Shown here: positions 50,547 through 61,161 of the stretch, piece after piece | Layout of the letters: the number at the start of each line of letters is the position of its first letter | Numbering within the stretch: position 1 is the first letter of the stretch | Virus record (IMG/VR): IMGVR_UViG_3300046694_000299 | Location: 1 to 64,000 of that record | Direction: 5' to 3' (one strand) | Length of the DNA: 64,000 bases | Source: a virus | The notes under the pieces: model-generated | What the model was told of the DNA's origin: nothing | The model's database searches: none | What the model saw: only the letters and a program-made list of their open reading frames with translations | Program-made: the position numbers and the translations under genes

Positions 50547-53462
50547 TCAGACTCGGAATGACCAGAAATAGATGCCACCCGCGCCGTTCAGGGCAGGGCT
50601 GATCGTCAACGTAAAACCGGTCGTCGAGTTGGCGCTGAGGCAGTCGGAGTGGACGATGTCGTCCTCGACGGTGCACACCATGCGCGTAATCGACGCCCGC
50701 GTAGTGCCGTAGCTGACAGCCAGGGAGGTCGTTGCGGAGAATCCGACGCGGCCCATCATCAGGCCCTGCGTCGCCCCGAAGTCGATGTAGTCGGTCCACC
50801 TGCCGTAGTGGCTTGTCTTACCCGCGTTGTCGAATACGAGACTATTTGCGGCTGATGTCCCGTCATCGAACCCAATCCATCCCTGATTCGCGATTGCGGA
50901 GAACTTTCCCCCGTTGACGAAATCGACAGTCAGTTGACTCGTGTCCGCATAAAGTCGTCCGCCGTCCACCCCGCCGCGGTTGAACCCGGCATAGAGCGAC
51001 GCTGGTTGCGCCCACACATAGCCGCCGCGGCGTGACTGGTCATCTGCTCGGATGACCGCAAACTCAGCCTTGTTGGTGGTAAGGAAGGCGCGTGAGATGA
51101 CCTGGGTGCCGGTGCCGTCGTCGTAGGGCGACGAGTTCACGCCGAGGTTGATGTCTGTGCCCGACGAGGTGGCGTTGATGTAGCCGTAGTCGGTGCCCGT
51201 GTTGGCGTACCAGCGGATCTCCGGCAGGAACGTGCTGGTCGGGTTGATCTCGATGCGCTTCCCGGACGTGCCGGATTTCAGCTGGCCAACGATGGACACG
51301 GATCCGTCGGCGGCGGCGATGGCGACGGTCTGATCCCCGGCAGCATTCCATGCCGCGATGCCGCCGGAGTTGAGTTCGACGCGGGACCCGGTATCGGAGG
51401 TTTTGATGCGGGCGCCGACGATGAAGTCGGCATTGATCGTCCCTGCGGTCACCTTGGAGACGGTCAGGTCGGAGATGTGCGCGTCGTCGATGAGCAGGGC
51501 CGTCGAGCTCGCGGCGTCCGACGGCCCCGACTTGTTGCCCGTCATGTCGACAGCTACGACCCGCACGTAGCGGGTACTGACCTCCTCGACCTGCACCGTG
51601 GCGACGACGGGAATCTGCGCCTGAATCATGCCCGCCGTCGCGGACACCTTCGCCTTGAGGGTCGTCGCCGAGGGCGTGAACGTCGGCTCGTAGTCGACGT
51701 GGATCTCCAAATGGTGGAGGTCGCTTTCGAGGTTGTAGGTGCCGCCGCTCGACGTGCCGAGCGTATGGGTGACCTGCACGGCGATCCGTGACGCGGCCAC
51801 CGACGGGGCAGCCGGAGTGCTGGGCGGAATGTTGTCGGCGCTGGCCACGAACGTCGTCGTACCCGACCAGGCGCCGGTGTTGCCCGTCTTGTCGACAGCC
51901 CGGATCTGGACGTCGTAGCCGATCCCCGGCGAAAGGTCCGTGAGCTGCGCCGTGGTGTCGCCCCAGGCCGCGTACACCGTCAGCCACTTGCCGGTGGGCG
52001 CGGCGAACGGCTGCTTCCACAGCTGCATGTCCTGCCACCGGATCTGAGACACCTGCGACCACGTCGCCGGATAGATCATGTCCGTGTCGACGGCATACCG
52101 GACCTCGTAGTGATCCCCGTCCAAGACCGTGCTGCCGTCGATGTTCAGGGGCGCGTTCCACTGGACGATCGTCCGCGCCCGGGTGAAACCCCGCCCATCG
52201 AGGTAAGCGGCGCCGGAGAACGGGGTCACGAACACGGGCACGCCGGGAATCGACGTGTCGGCGTTCGGCCTGCTACCGACAGGCTCGGTGCCAGTGTTGG
52301 CGAGCTGCCGGGAGAAGTCGCCGACGGTCACCGTGTTGGTGCCGTCAGTCTCCCATTCCACGTACTGGGTGAGATCGATCCACGCCCCGGTCACGGTGCG
52401 GTAGGCGACCGTGTAGGCGTTGGTGACCGCCCACGACGTTTCGGTGACCTGGAGCTTGAGCGGGTTGATTCGCCCCCCACGGAACGTGATCTCCGTGGTC
52501 GTATCGACCAGCCCGGCGTCGGGGTTGTACACCCACACCCGGTCACCGACCTGGAAGGACCCGTGGACGTCGTAGTCGGCGGTCGACAGGGTCAGCGCGT
52601 TGCGGGTGGAGATGAACTGCGACAAGGCCAGCTGGGCGCGCGTCGCGGCGTTCCCGGTCGCCGTGTCCGACTCGGACACCAGCCGCGTCAGCTTGAGGGC
52701 GTTGCCGTGGATGTCCTTGTACGGCGTCGCCGGGGTGATGTCCGCCGTACCCGTGGCGATGCTCGAACCCTCACCCTCGGCGAGGAGGACCACGCGGGTG
52801 GAGTAGTCCTCCATGTCCCGGGTGACGTCCATCGAGCCGGGGAGCGCCCGCAACGCCATGTCCTCGCCGGCGCCGCTGGCGAGGATGACGCACGTCGGGT
52901 TGGTGACGAACAAGTTGCTGTCCGGGCCGGCATCCAGGGTCCCGTTTCCGTTGACGCGCCAGGAAACGGGCACCGAGGTCGTCGACATGGTGTCGCACAC
53001 GTAGCCGATCGCAGACCGCGGGGATTCGTACTGGTGGTGGCCTGTGTACTGGCCTGCCACGGAGTAGATGGTGCCCGCGGTGACGGCGCCCGCCCCGGAC
53101 GCGGGGAGCAGCATGTTGATCGTGGTGGCGAAGCTGGCGCTGGCGGGCGTGACGGCGTTCTCGTAGACCGCACCCTTGCCGTCTTCGTCGCCCAGCCACA
53201 TGGCCATGCCGACGCCGCCGACGGAGAGATCGTCTTGGGGGGCGTTGGTTCGGCCGTCGTCGCCGATCGTCTTGGTGCGGAGGACGCCGACGTAGCGGGC
53301 GGTGGTGAGGAGGTTGTCGCCGTACTGGAGCGGGTCGAGCCGCCCGGGGGCGATCGCGACATGGCCGAAGTAGTCGAGGGCGTCGAGGACGTCGCGGGGC
53401 GTCCCGGGCAGGAGTTTGATCTCCCAGGAGCCGAGGGCTTTGAGAACCTCTTGGACACTCAC
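50547..53462 (-). CDS. Large minor tail protein (tip/spike; GTG start)
   Basis: 971 aa, VSVQEVLKALGSWEIKLLPGTP... It follows the distal tail protein. Confidence 0.7.
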   Translation of the reverse strand: MSVQEVLKALGSWEIKLLPGTPRDVLDALDYFGHVAIAPGRLDPLQYGDNLLTTARYVGVLRTKTIGDDGRTNAPQDDLSVGGVGMAMWLGDEDGKGAVYENAVTPASASFATTINMLLPASGAGAVTAGTIYSVAGQYTGHHQYESPRSAIGYVCDTMSTTSVPVSWRVNGNGTLDAGPDSNLFVTNPTCVILASGAGEDMALRALPGSMDVTRDMEDYSTRVVLLAEGEGSSIATGTADITPATPYKDIHGNALKLTRLVSESDTATGNAATRAQLALSQFISTRNALTLSTADYDVHGSFQVGDRVWVYNPDAGLVDTTTEITFRGGRINPLKLQVTETSWAVTNAYTVAYRTVTGAWIDLTQYVEWETDGTNTVTVGDFSRQLANTGTEPVGSRPNADTSIPGVPVFVTPFSGAAYLDGRGFTRARTIVQWNAPLNIDGSTVLDGDHYEVRYAVDTDMIYPATWSQVSQIRWQDMQLWKQPFAAPTGKWLTVYAAWGDTTAQLTDLSPGIGYDVQIRAVDKTGNTGAWSGTTTFVASADNIPPSTPAAPSVAASRIAVQVTHTLGTSSGGTYNLESDLHHLEIHVDYEPTFTPSATTLKAKVSATAGMIQAQIPVVATVQVEEVSTRYVRVVAVDMTGNKSGPSDAASSTALLIDDAHISDLTVSKVTAGTINADFIVGARIKTSDTGSRVELNSGGIAAWNAAGDQTVAIAAADGSVSIVGQLKSGTSGKRIEINPTSTFLPEIRWYANTGTDYGYINATSSGTDINLGVNSSPYDDGTGTQVISRAFLTTNKAEFAVIRADDQSRRGGYVWAQPASLYAGFNRGGVDGGRLYADTSQLTVDFVNGGKFSAIANQGWIGFDDGTSAANSLVFDNAGKTSHYGRWTDYIDFGATQGLMMGRVGFSATTSLAVSYGTTRASITRMVCTVEDDIVHSDCLSANSTTGFTLTISPALNGAGGIYFWSFRV

Positions 53463-53466
53463 CCGA

Positions 53467-55128
53467 CTACCTCCGGACTCCGTAGACGGCTTCCGGCATT
53501 GCCGCAAGGTACTGGTTCCGCAGGTCGGTGGCGGCGTCTCCGGCGGCAACGGGGAGGCGCACGCGGACTTCGTCGCAAATGATCACGTCCGTGGCGGGCG
53601 GGAAGTTCGCGACCGTCGGCGAGACCGTTGCGGTAACCGCGTTGGCGGGGGCGGTGACAGTGCCGTCGTAGAAGGTATACGTGTTCGCGACGAGCGTGTT
53701 CGTGACAGTGCTGGTCGACAGATACGCGGCGGCGTTGTTGAACCAGTTGACGTTCAAGTCGACCGCTCGGGCGGTGGCGCAGCGGATCCACGCCGTGGCC
53801 CGGTAGGCAGTGCCCGCGGTGACGGCGAATCCGGCGGATTCGATCGACGGGAACTGAGCGACACCGTTCGGTGTGAACTGAGCAGCGCCGACACCGACCT
53901 TGACTGGGGTGGTGACACGTACCGCAGTGCCGCCGTTGATGGTCCAGCCGGTCAGGTTCGTCTCAAATCCGGGGTTGCTGTTAAGGGTGACGCCACCCCC
54001 GCCGGTGGATGACACGCCGAGCCAGAAGTCCATTGCGGTCGCGGTGTTCTTCTGGACGCCGCCGTTGGCCGGGGCGATGAATGTCCGTGCACTGCCGCAG
54101 GCGAAACGGTTCCCGTCGGAATCGTCGACGGTTGCCGTGAGATAGCCCTGCGCGGACGTGTCGACGAACGCCTCCGCCGTGTTGAGCTGCACCTTCAGTA
54201 GGTCGGGGGCGGTGCCGCGCTGCATGTACCCCTCGACGATGCGGGAGCCGCGGCGCAGCGTCAGGTCGAGGGTGAGGCGCCCTGGCGACAGGCCTTTGAT
54301 CAGGCGCAGGATCACCATTTCGGGGTCGTTCCGCAGCAGGGTGGCCCCGTCCCACGCCGTGACCTGGATGGTGGAGCTGGCGAAGACGGCCCATGGCTTC
54401 GTCTGGTAGGCGCCGCCCGTGTAGGTCTGGACGTCGAGGGTGCCGCCGCCGGTCGCCGACCAGGTGACGTTGATCAGCCCGTTGGTGAGAGACCAGCCGG
54501 TCGTGGCGAGGGGGACGTCAACGCCGTACACCTCCTGCCCGCCCGTCGTGGTGGCGCGGACCCGGCCGGCCAGGTAGGCGGTGGGCAGGCAGCCCCAGCG
54601 CGGGGACGTGTTGGCGGGGACGGTGCGGTAGACGGTAATGGTGCCGTCGGCGCCGGTGCGCGTCATGAGGGTGGGGTTGGTGGCGCCGGTGTAGTAGCCG
54701 TAATGGCCGATCGGCGGTGCGTGCCAGCGCTCGCCGGCGAGGGCGAAGTCGTTGAGGCGGACCGCGCCGGTGAGCCTGCTCTGCAGGTCCGTTTCGGCGT
54801 CGGATCCGACCCGGTCCAGAGAGACCTTCCAGGAACTGGTGACGGTTTCGTTGAGGTATTCGGTGTAGGTCGCCCCAGAGCTCTTCACCGTGTAGTAGCC
54901 GGAACGTTCCGGCTTGTCGGTGAAGGTCACCGGGATGACCTGGCCGGGGATCAGGGAGTTGATCCCGTCATGCCGCGCGATGACCTGCGCCCGCGTGAGG
55001 GGCGGGTACGACTCCTGGCCTTCGAGGTCGAGGCCGCGACCGTCGCCGCCGCCGGACTCGGTGGCGACGAACGTCTCGCGGAGAGGGATGCGGCCGACGG
55101 TGAGGTCACCCCAGTTGAAGAGTCCCAT
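53467..55128 (-). CDS. Minor (distal) tail protein with a C-terminal carbohydrate-binding-like domain
   Basis: Start MGLFNWGDLTV, ATGA overlap with the tape measure gene. C-terminus NPGFETNLTGWTINGG. Confidence 0.7.
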   Translation of the reverse strand: MGLFNWGDLTVGRIPLRETFVATESGGGDGRGLDLEGQESYPPLTRAQVIARHDGINSLIPGQVIPVTFTDKPERSGYYTVKSSGATYTEYLNETVTSSWKVSLDRVGSDAETDLQSRLTGAVRLNDFALAGERWHAPPIGHYGYYTGATNPTLMTRTGADGTITVYRTVPANTSPRWGCLPTAYLAGRVRATTTGGQEVYGVDVPLATTGWSLTNGLINVTWSATGGGTLDVQTYTGGAYQTKPWAVFASSTIQVTAWDGATLLRNDPEMVILRLIKGLSPGRLTLDLTLRRGSRIVEGYMQRGTAPDLLKVQLNTAEAFVDTSAQGYLTATVDDSDGNRFACGSARTFIAPANGGVQKNTATAMDFWLGVSSTGGGGVTLNSNPGFETNLTGWTINGGTAVRVTTPVKVGVGAAQFTPNGVAQFPSIESAGFAVTAGTAYRATAWIRCATARAVDLNVNWFNNAAAYLSTSTVTNTLVANTYTFYDGTVTAPANAVTATVSPTVANFPPATDVIICDEVRVRLPVAAGDAATDLRNQYLAAMPEAVYGVRR

Positions 55129-58100
55129 CAGGCGCGGCTCCTGTCGGAAAGGCGGATGGCTTCCTTCATCTCCTTGACGAGGGCGTTCGCCGCGGCCCGG
55201 CGGGATGCAGGGCTGGAGAAGTCGAAGGTGCCGCTGATGTTGATCGCCTGAATGGTGATCGGGCCGCCCGCGCTGGAGCTGGCCAGCATCGCGTCGAGCT
55301 TGGCCGTGTGGTCCGCTGACAGGACCCGCTCGGGGCGGCCGGTGGCGTTGACGGACATCGTCGCCCCGGGCTGGAGCAGGCCGCCCGAGTCGAACTTGGC
55401 GGCCGGTGCGAATCCCCAGCGGCTGGTGAACAGGCCGTCGTTGTAGCCGCGGGCGCTCTTGCCCATGTGGACGCCGCGTCCGCCGCTGGACTCGACGTTC
55501 ATGCCGCCGATGGTGCCCGCGGTGTGGCCCACGCCCGCATTCGTGATGCCGATCATGAACGGGGAGTTCAGGTTCCGCACCCACCCAGACGGGCCGCTCG
55601 ACCCGGAGAACGCGCCGGTCGCCCACCGGCGGTGCGGGCGCTCCCCGCGGATCACGGACTCAATCGCGGACATCAGACCACTGCAGTCCCAGCTGGGGTT
55701 CCCGTTGCCGGCCCACTGATAGGGCAGCCCGTTCTGGGTCTTCACCCACGACATCGCGCGCTGTACGGCCGGCCCGCCCACGGCTTTTTTGTCCTCGTTG
55801 CCGAACCAGCCGAGCATCCCGTCGACGGCCTTGTTCGTCAGGCCCCGCATGAGGTTGCCGATGCCGCTGCCGGGGATCTGGTTGATGAGCGGGCGGACAA
55901 GCGCGGAGAGGGCCTTCTGTGCGGCAGCCTTGAGCCCGCCGAGGACGAGGTCTTTCGTCCACGAGGCGGCGGAACTGACGGCGCCTCCGATGGCGCTGCC
56001 GATGGTGCCGATGATCCCACCGCCCGCGAAGTGCGGGGTGGCCTGCTGGCGCTTGCGTTCCTGCTGGCTGGTCGGGTTGCCGCCCGTCTTGGTGGGGTGG
56101 TCCTTGCCGAGCATGGCGTCGATGCCCCGATGCCCGCCGAGGGCTGCCACCTGCTGGTTGGACAGGATGCGCTCGCCAGGGGTGAGCATCGCGGGGACGG
56201 TGTCTTTGTTGCCGCTGCCGGGGACGACGCCACCGCGGTTGAAGCCGAGGCTGATCGACGGAAGCGTGATCTTTGAGCTGATCTTTCCGGCGATACTGTT
56301 CCACATTTTGCGGATGCCGTTGTTGTAGACGGTGTTCACGACGAACCGAACGGGGCTAGCGATCTTCGACTTCACGCCGTCCCAGATCGTCCCCAGGCTG
56401 TCCCGCAGCGTGGAGAACGCCGTCTTCATTGACGACTTGAACGTGTTGATCTTTCCGTTGATCGTGGAGAAGATCCCGGAGATTTTGTCGCGGGCCCCGT
56501 TCCAGAGGTTGTTCCACGTGTTCGTGATGCCGTTCTTGAGGTCGGACACGCCGTTCTTCACGGTCGTCCACGCCCCGGAGATCGCCGACCGCAGGCCACT
56601 CCAGAAGCTGTTCCACTTCGTGCGGACGCCATCCCACAGGCTGTTCCACGTGCTCACGACCCAGTTCTTCAGGTCCGTAAAGATCTTCTTCGTGCCGTTC
56701 CACAGCGACGTGAACCATCCGATGATCGCCTTGACCAGGTCCGGGATGATGCTGTGCCCGACGAGGACGTCGTACAGCCACTGGAAGCCCTTGACGATCT
56801 CCTTCAGAACCCACGCCACACCGTTGGCCAGGTTCGTCAGCCACCCGATCACCGTCGTGATCACCGGGACCAGAATGCCGATCGCGCCAGCCAGAACCCC
56901 TGCCAGCAGCTGCGCGAGACCGACAATGAGCGGCATCATTGGCATGATCGCCATTGTCGCCAGGTTCACGAACGCCACGATCAGTTGGCCGAGCGGCGGG
57001 ATCAGCGGCGTCAGCGCAGTCAGCAGCTGCGGGAAGATCGGCGCCAACTGGCCCAGGAACTGCCCGACCAACTGCACCACGGGCAACAGCGCGGCGAAGA
57101 TCGGCACAAGAGCCTTGGCGAGCATGGCGACGAACGGAACCAGCGCGTCTAGCAACGTCTTGATGAACGGTGCGATCGCCTTGACGACGGTGGCGATCAG
57201 GTTGCCGATGGGCTGCAGCAGCGGCATGACCGCCTGCACCAGGCCGACGAGAACGCCACCGACGTCCTTCACCACGGGCAGCAGCGCCGTGATGATCGGC
57301 ATCAGGGCTTTGCCCAGCGCCCCGGCGAGGTCGGCGAGGACCGGGCCGAACTTCTGGGCGAGTTCGGTGACGACGGGTGCCAGTGCCGCCAGCAGCGGCA
57401 GCGCCGCTTGGATGACCGCGCCGAGAGTTCCCGCCACCAATTTCGCGATGGAGTTGATCGCCGCAAAGATGGTCGTGAGGGCCTTCTGTACTTCCGGCAT
57501 TGCGGTGATCTTGCGGAGTTCCTTGAACACCGCGCCGATCCCGCCCAGCGCGTCACCGCCCGCAGCCCCGGCGGCCTTCAGGATGTTGCCGATGGTGCCG
57601 AAGATGTCCCCGGCCAGGTGCCCGAACTGCTTGGCGATATCGATCGCCTGGTCGATGATCTTTTCCAGGTGACCGTTCTTGAACGCCTTGTCGAGTTGCT
57701 GGGAGAACCGGTCGAAGACCCCTGCGCCCGCCGTCGTGATCCTCTTGAACGCCGGGGATGCGGCGATGGACACCTGCGCGAGGCCCTTGATGAACTGACC
57801 AGGCACCCGCGACAGCGGCTTCAGCCCGTCGTTCAGGCCGGAGAACATCTTCTTCAGCATGCCGGTCTTGCCGAGCTCGGTGACCGCGCTCGCGGCGTTC
57901 TTCGCCATGCCGTTCAGGACCGTGGCCGTGCCCGTCAGCCCGGTTGTAAGGGACGGCAGGATGGCCGACGACATCGTCGTGAACGTCTGCCCCAGCCCCG
58001 CGAACAGGGCATTCTGCACGTCGAGCTTCAGCCCGCGCCAGGCTTCACGCTGGGCGAGGACCGCGTTGACGAACGCCCGCGCATTCGGGGCGAGCTTCGC

Positions 58101-59780
58101 CATGGCGTCGGCAACCTTGTTCGTTGCTGTCGCGCTGGACGTCTGCGCGTCGGCCATGGCGCGCGCCGCATCGGCTACCGCGGCCTGCGCGTCGGCGATC
58201 TGGCGTGCGCCATCGACGGCAGCCTTACGGGCAGCGTCGCGGGCGTCGGCGAGGTCCCGCTCGGCTTTGGCGATCTTCTGTAGGCCGTCCTGCGCGTTGC
58301 GAGCCTGCTCGATCTCCGCGTCCTTCAGGGACTGCGTCTTGTCAGTGACGCTCTGGTTGGCGTCGGAGATCTTCTGCTTGGCGTCGGCAACGGTCTTGCT
58401 GCCCTCAACCCCAGCCTTGTTAGCGTCCGCGGCCTGCTGCTGGAGGCGGGTGGTCTCGGTCTGCTGCTCCTCCAAGGCCTGGACGGCGCGGTCGTACTGG
58501 AGCTGCGCCTTGTCGATCTCTTCCTGGGTGGCCTTGGCGCCCTTCGCCTTGACCGCGGCCAAGTTCTGCTCAGCGTCCTGAAGGTCCAAGACCTTCTGCC
58601 GCTGGTCGAGCTGGGCGTCGGCGAGCCGGTTGTTGAGGTCTTCCAGCTCCTGCGCCGCATCCTTACGGGCCTGGGTGAGGTCGACTTGAGCCTGCCGTGC
58701 TGCACGCTGCGCGTCCGCGAGGTCCCGCTCGGCCTGCGCTACCTGCTCTGCCGCCCTGCGGTTGGAGTCCGCCACATCCGAGACGGTGTTCTTGAGGTTG
58801 AGCTGGGCGTCCTGGATCTGCCGGGCCGCCTGTACCCGGGCCGCCGCGGCGGCGACCTCGGCGTCCTTCACGCCCTGCTGAGCCTTGGCTAGGGAGCGTT
58901 GAGCGTTCTCGACCTGCCGGATGGACTTGGTGGCCGCGCCGGCGCTGGATGCGGCCGGCGCGAATGCCGCCTTGAACGCGTCACCGATCCCCGACGTGCC
59001 GACCTTGATGGCGGCGAACGCGGCCCCCAGAGAGAGGACGGCAGGTGCGGCTACGGCGGCTGCGGGGCCCATCGCGGCCAGCGACTGGCCTAGCGATGCG
59101 ATTGTCGGCAGCGATCCGACGGCCAGCGAGGTCAGCATCATGAGCCGCGACGACAGCATGCCCACTCCGCCAGCCGAGCCGCTGGCACTGTTCCCAATCC
59201 CGGCAAGTCCGGCCAGGCTGCCGAGCAGGCGGGTGCGGACGTTCACGGTGCGGTCGCGGGTGAGGAGGGCGAGACGGGCGGCTGCGTCGGCGGTGTCGGC
59301 GCGGGCCTGCACGGTCATGGTGCGCCGCCGGGTCAGGTTGGCGAGACTATCGGCCGCCACGCGGGTGTCGACGTCGACGCCGATGCGGACCTGCCGACGC
59401 TGGATCAGGTTGCGGATCTCCGCTGCGGCGACTCGCGTGTCGACGGAGGCGCGGATGTTGACGACGCGCTCGGCGGTGAGCCGGTCGAGCTGGGCCTGAA
59501 CGCGCCTGAGAGCCGTGTCGTTCATCTTCGGCGTGACGGTGACGTCAAGGTCTCGCAGCCGCAGCCGAGACATCGCCGACTCGTCCACCTTGATCCTGGC
59601 GGTGATGATGCGCTCGCGGGCGAGCCGGTCCAGCTTGGCGAGGGCGGCCCGGTCGTCGACATCGATGCCGACCTTGACCTTGTTGTCCTTGGACTTGAGG
59701 CGGGCCATGGCGCGGTCGTAGGCGGACTCGTCGGCCGTGACCTCGACATATCCCTCGGCTATGCGAAATGAGCCCGCCAC
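55128..59780 (-). CDS. Tape measure protein with an embedded NlpC/P60-like peptidase motif
   Basis: 1550 aa with long helical and TM-rich repeats. GLPYQWAGNGNPSWDCSGL...GHTAG near the C-terminus. Confidence 0.85.
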   Translation of the reverse strand: MAGSFRIAEGYVEVTADESAYDRAMARLKSKDNKVKVGIDVDDRAALAKLDRLARERIITARIKVDESAMSRLRLRDLDVTVTPKMNDTALRRVQAQLDRLTAERVVNIRASVDTRVAAAEIRNLIQRRQVRIGVDVDTRVAADSLANLTRRRTMTVQARADTADAAARLALLTRDRTVNVRTRLLGSLAGLAGIGNSASGSAGGVGMLSSRLMMLTSLAVGSLPTIASLGQSLAAMGPAAAVAAPAVLSLGAAFAAIKVGTSGIGDAFKAAFAPAASSAGAATKSIRQVENAQRSLAKAQQGVKDAEVAAAAARVQAARQIQDAQLNLKNTVSDVADSNRRAAEQVAQAERDLADAQRAARQAQVDLTQARKDAAQELEDLNNRLADAQLDQRQKVLDLQDAEQNLAAVKAKGAKATQEEIDKAQLQYDRAVQALEEQQTETTRLQQQAADANKAGVEGSKTVADAKQKISDANQSVTDKTQSLKDAEIEQARNAQDGLQKIAKAERDLADARDAARKAAVDGARQIADAQAAVADAARAMADAQTSSATATNKVADAMAKLAPNARAFVNAVLAQREAWRGLKLDVQNALFAGLGQTFTTMSSAILPSLTTGLTGTATVLNGMAKNAASAVTELGKTGMLKKMFSGLNDGLKPLSRVPGQFIKGLAQVSIAASPAFKRITTAGAGVFDRFSQQLDKAFKNGHLEKIIDQAIDIAKQFGHLAGDIFGTIGNILKAAGAAGGDALGGIGAVFKELRKITAMPEVQKALTTIFAAINSIAKLVAGTLGAVIQAALPLLAALAPVVTELAQKFGPVLADLAGALGKALMPIITALLPVVKDVGGVLVGLVQAVMPLLQPIGNLIATVVKAIAPFIKTLLDALVPFVAMLAKALVPIFAALLPVVQLVGQFLGQLAPIFPQLLTALTPLIPPLGQLIVAFVNLATMAIMPMMPLIVGLAQLLAGVLAGAIGILVPVITTVIGWLTNLANGVAWVLKEIVKGFQWLYDVLVGHSIIPDLVKAIIGWFTSLWNGTKKIFTDLKNWVVSTWNSLWDGVRTKWNSFWSGLRSAISGAWTTVKNGVSDLKNGITNTWNNLWNGARDKISGIFSTINGKINTFKSSMKTAFSTLRDSLGTIWDGVKSKIASPVRFVVNTVYNNGIRKMWNSIAGKISSKITLPSISLGFNRGGVVPGSGNKDTVPAMLTPGERILSNQQVAALGGHRGIDAMLGKDHPTKTGGNPTSQQERKRQQATPHFAGGGIIGTIGSAIGGAVSSAASWTKDLVLGGLKAAAQKALSALVRPLINQIPGSGIGNLMRGLTNKAVDGMLGWFGNEDKKAVGGPAVQRAMSWVKTQNGLPYQWAGNGNPSWDCSGLMSAIESVIRGERPHRRWATGAFSGSSGPSGWVRNLNSPFMIGITNAGVGHTAGTIGGMNVESSGGRGVHMGKSARGYNDGLFTSRWGFAPAAKFDSGGLLQPGATMSVNATGRPERVLSADHTAKLDAMLASSSAGGPITIQAINISGTFDFSSPASRRAAANALVKEMKEAIRLSDRSRA

Positions 59781-59783
59781 CCG

Positions 59784-60556
59784 TCACCCTCCTCCGCTCA
59801 CAATTCCGGGGAACATCACCCGGAAGGCCGTCAAGCTGACTTCCTTCGTCCCGCCGTGGTCCTGTTGGGCGGGCTGGGTGCTGCTGGTGCGGGTGGTTGT
59901 GCTGCTGCTCTGGTCTTGCTCTTCTTCGACTCGGGCCGCCATCACGCCCTGGTAGGCGGTGAGCCTGTGGGCGAGGGCGAAGTATCGGGGTGCGCTGATC
60001 TCGTGCTCATCGAGATCAATGCCGTAGATAGCGAGGAAGTCGGCGTCCAGGTCGGCCAGGTGGTCGAGGGTCCAGACGAGTTCCTCGACCCGGTCCCCGA
60101 CCGGCTGGGCCCAGTCCGGCTCTGCGTCCCGTAGAAGCCGGATCCACGCCGGGCCGTCGTCTACCTGGCTTTTCCCCCTTGCTTCTCTCGCTGCCCCAGG
60201 GCCAGTTCCAGGACCTTGTCGACGATCCACTCCATCTGGTCCTCGGTGAGCGCCCTCGACTGCTCCAGCGCCAAGTAGGCGTCCTCGCCCAGGACGCGCT
60301 CGAGGAGCGGAGCGGTGGCTACTTCGCGGCCGTGCGTCCGGGCCTCCCTCAGGTATTGCAGGGCGACACCGGGCGCGATCTTCTTCGGGATCGTGTACTC
60401 GTCGTCGCCGATGTAGAAGAGGGGGACGCGCTCCTCTTCGATTTCGTCGTTGGCGGCGATCCGGATCGGCTCGAATTCCAGATCGCCGCCGACAGCCGGC
60501 TTGGCCACCGCGCGCTTCCGGGCGGCTGCGGTGCTCTGACGTGTGGTGGATGCCAT
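59784..60556 (-). CDS. Tail assembly chaperone -1 frameshift fusion (GT-like)
   Basis: After the shift the reading continues GKSQVDDGPAWIRLLRDAEPDW..., which matches ORF 59784-60230. Confidence 0.65.
60161..60556 (-). CDS. Tail assembly chaperone (G-like)
   Basis: Start re-placed to MASTTRQSTAAAR. It ends just after the slippery site. Confidence 0.7.
   Translation of the reverse strand: MASTTRQSTAAARKRAVAKPAVGGDLEFEPIRIAANDEIEEERVPLFYIGDDEYTIPKKIAPGVALQYLREARTHGREVATAPLLERVLGEDAYLALEQSRALTEDQMEWIVDKVLELALGQREKQGGKAR
60170..60176 (-). promoter_or_regulatory. -1 programmed frameshift slippery heptamer G_GGA_AAA
   Basis: Zero-frame codons are caa ggg gga aaa gcc agg tag. Confidence 0.65.
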
Positions 60557-60594
60557 GGGTAGTGCTCCTCGAAGCGTGCAGGGACAGGCGTCGG

Positions 60595-61158
60595 CTAGCT
60601 GGTCTGGTCGACGATGTGGATGGGGGCGATGGACGCGGACACGTAGTGGCCGGAGAACTTGACGCCGTACAAGGTCTGCTTGTCCTTGGTGTAGGCCAGC
60701 TCGACGGCGTCCGTGGACAGGGCCTTGCGGACGATGACGCGCCGGTTGAAGGTGCCGCCCGGGGCCCAACCGTCGAACAGCAGCGCCTTGTAGGTGGGCT
60801 GCGTCGCCGAGCTCGCGAAGCTGGGTTCGAAGCTCGCGTAGCCTGCGGCCGAGGCGCTGGTGCCGCCGTTCAGGGCGAGCGACAGGTTCGCCAGGGTCGG
60901 CTCCGCCATGCTCGTCTCGACGGTGAAGTCCCGCTTGGTCAGGCGGGATCCGACGCGGTCGACGACCTGGTCGACCTCCAGCTCCGTGTAGGACTGGTCG
61001 ATGGTGAGCTTGACGCCGTCCTGGGTGCCGCCGACGTCCGTCCAACTGGAGGCCGCGGGGGTGGTGTTGACGGTGGCGTCAGTGGGCTCGAGGGCGCCGA
61101 ATGCGCCCGAGTACAGGGTTGCCGGGCCCTGGACGAGGTTGGTTGCGGTGACCGCCAC
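60595..61158 (-). CDS. Major tail protein
   Basis: 187 aa, MAVTATNLVQGPATLYSGAFGA... Position is upstream of the chaperones. Confidence 0.7.
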   Translation of the reverse strand: MAVTATNLVQGPATLYSGAFGALEPTDATVNTTPAASSWTDVGGTQDGVKLTIDQSYTELEVDQVVDRVGSRLTKRDFTVETSMAEPTLANLSLALNGGTSASAAGYASFEPSFASSATQPTYKALLFDGWAPGGTFNRRVIVRKALSTDAVELAYTKDKQTLYGVKFSGHYVSASIAPIHIVDQTS

Positions 61159-61161
61159 GGG

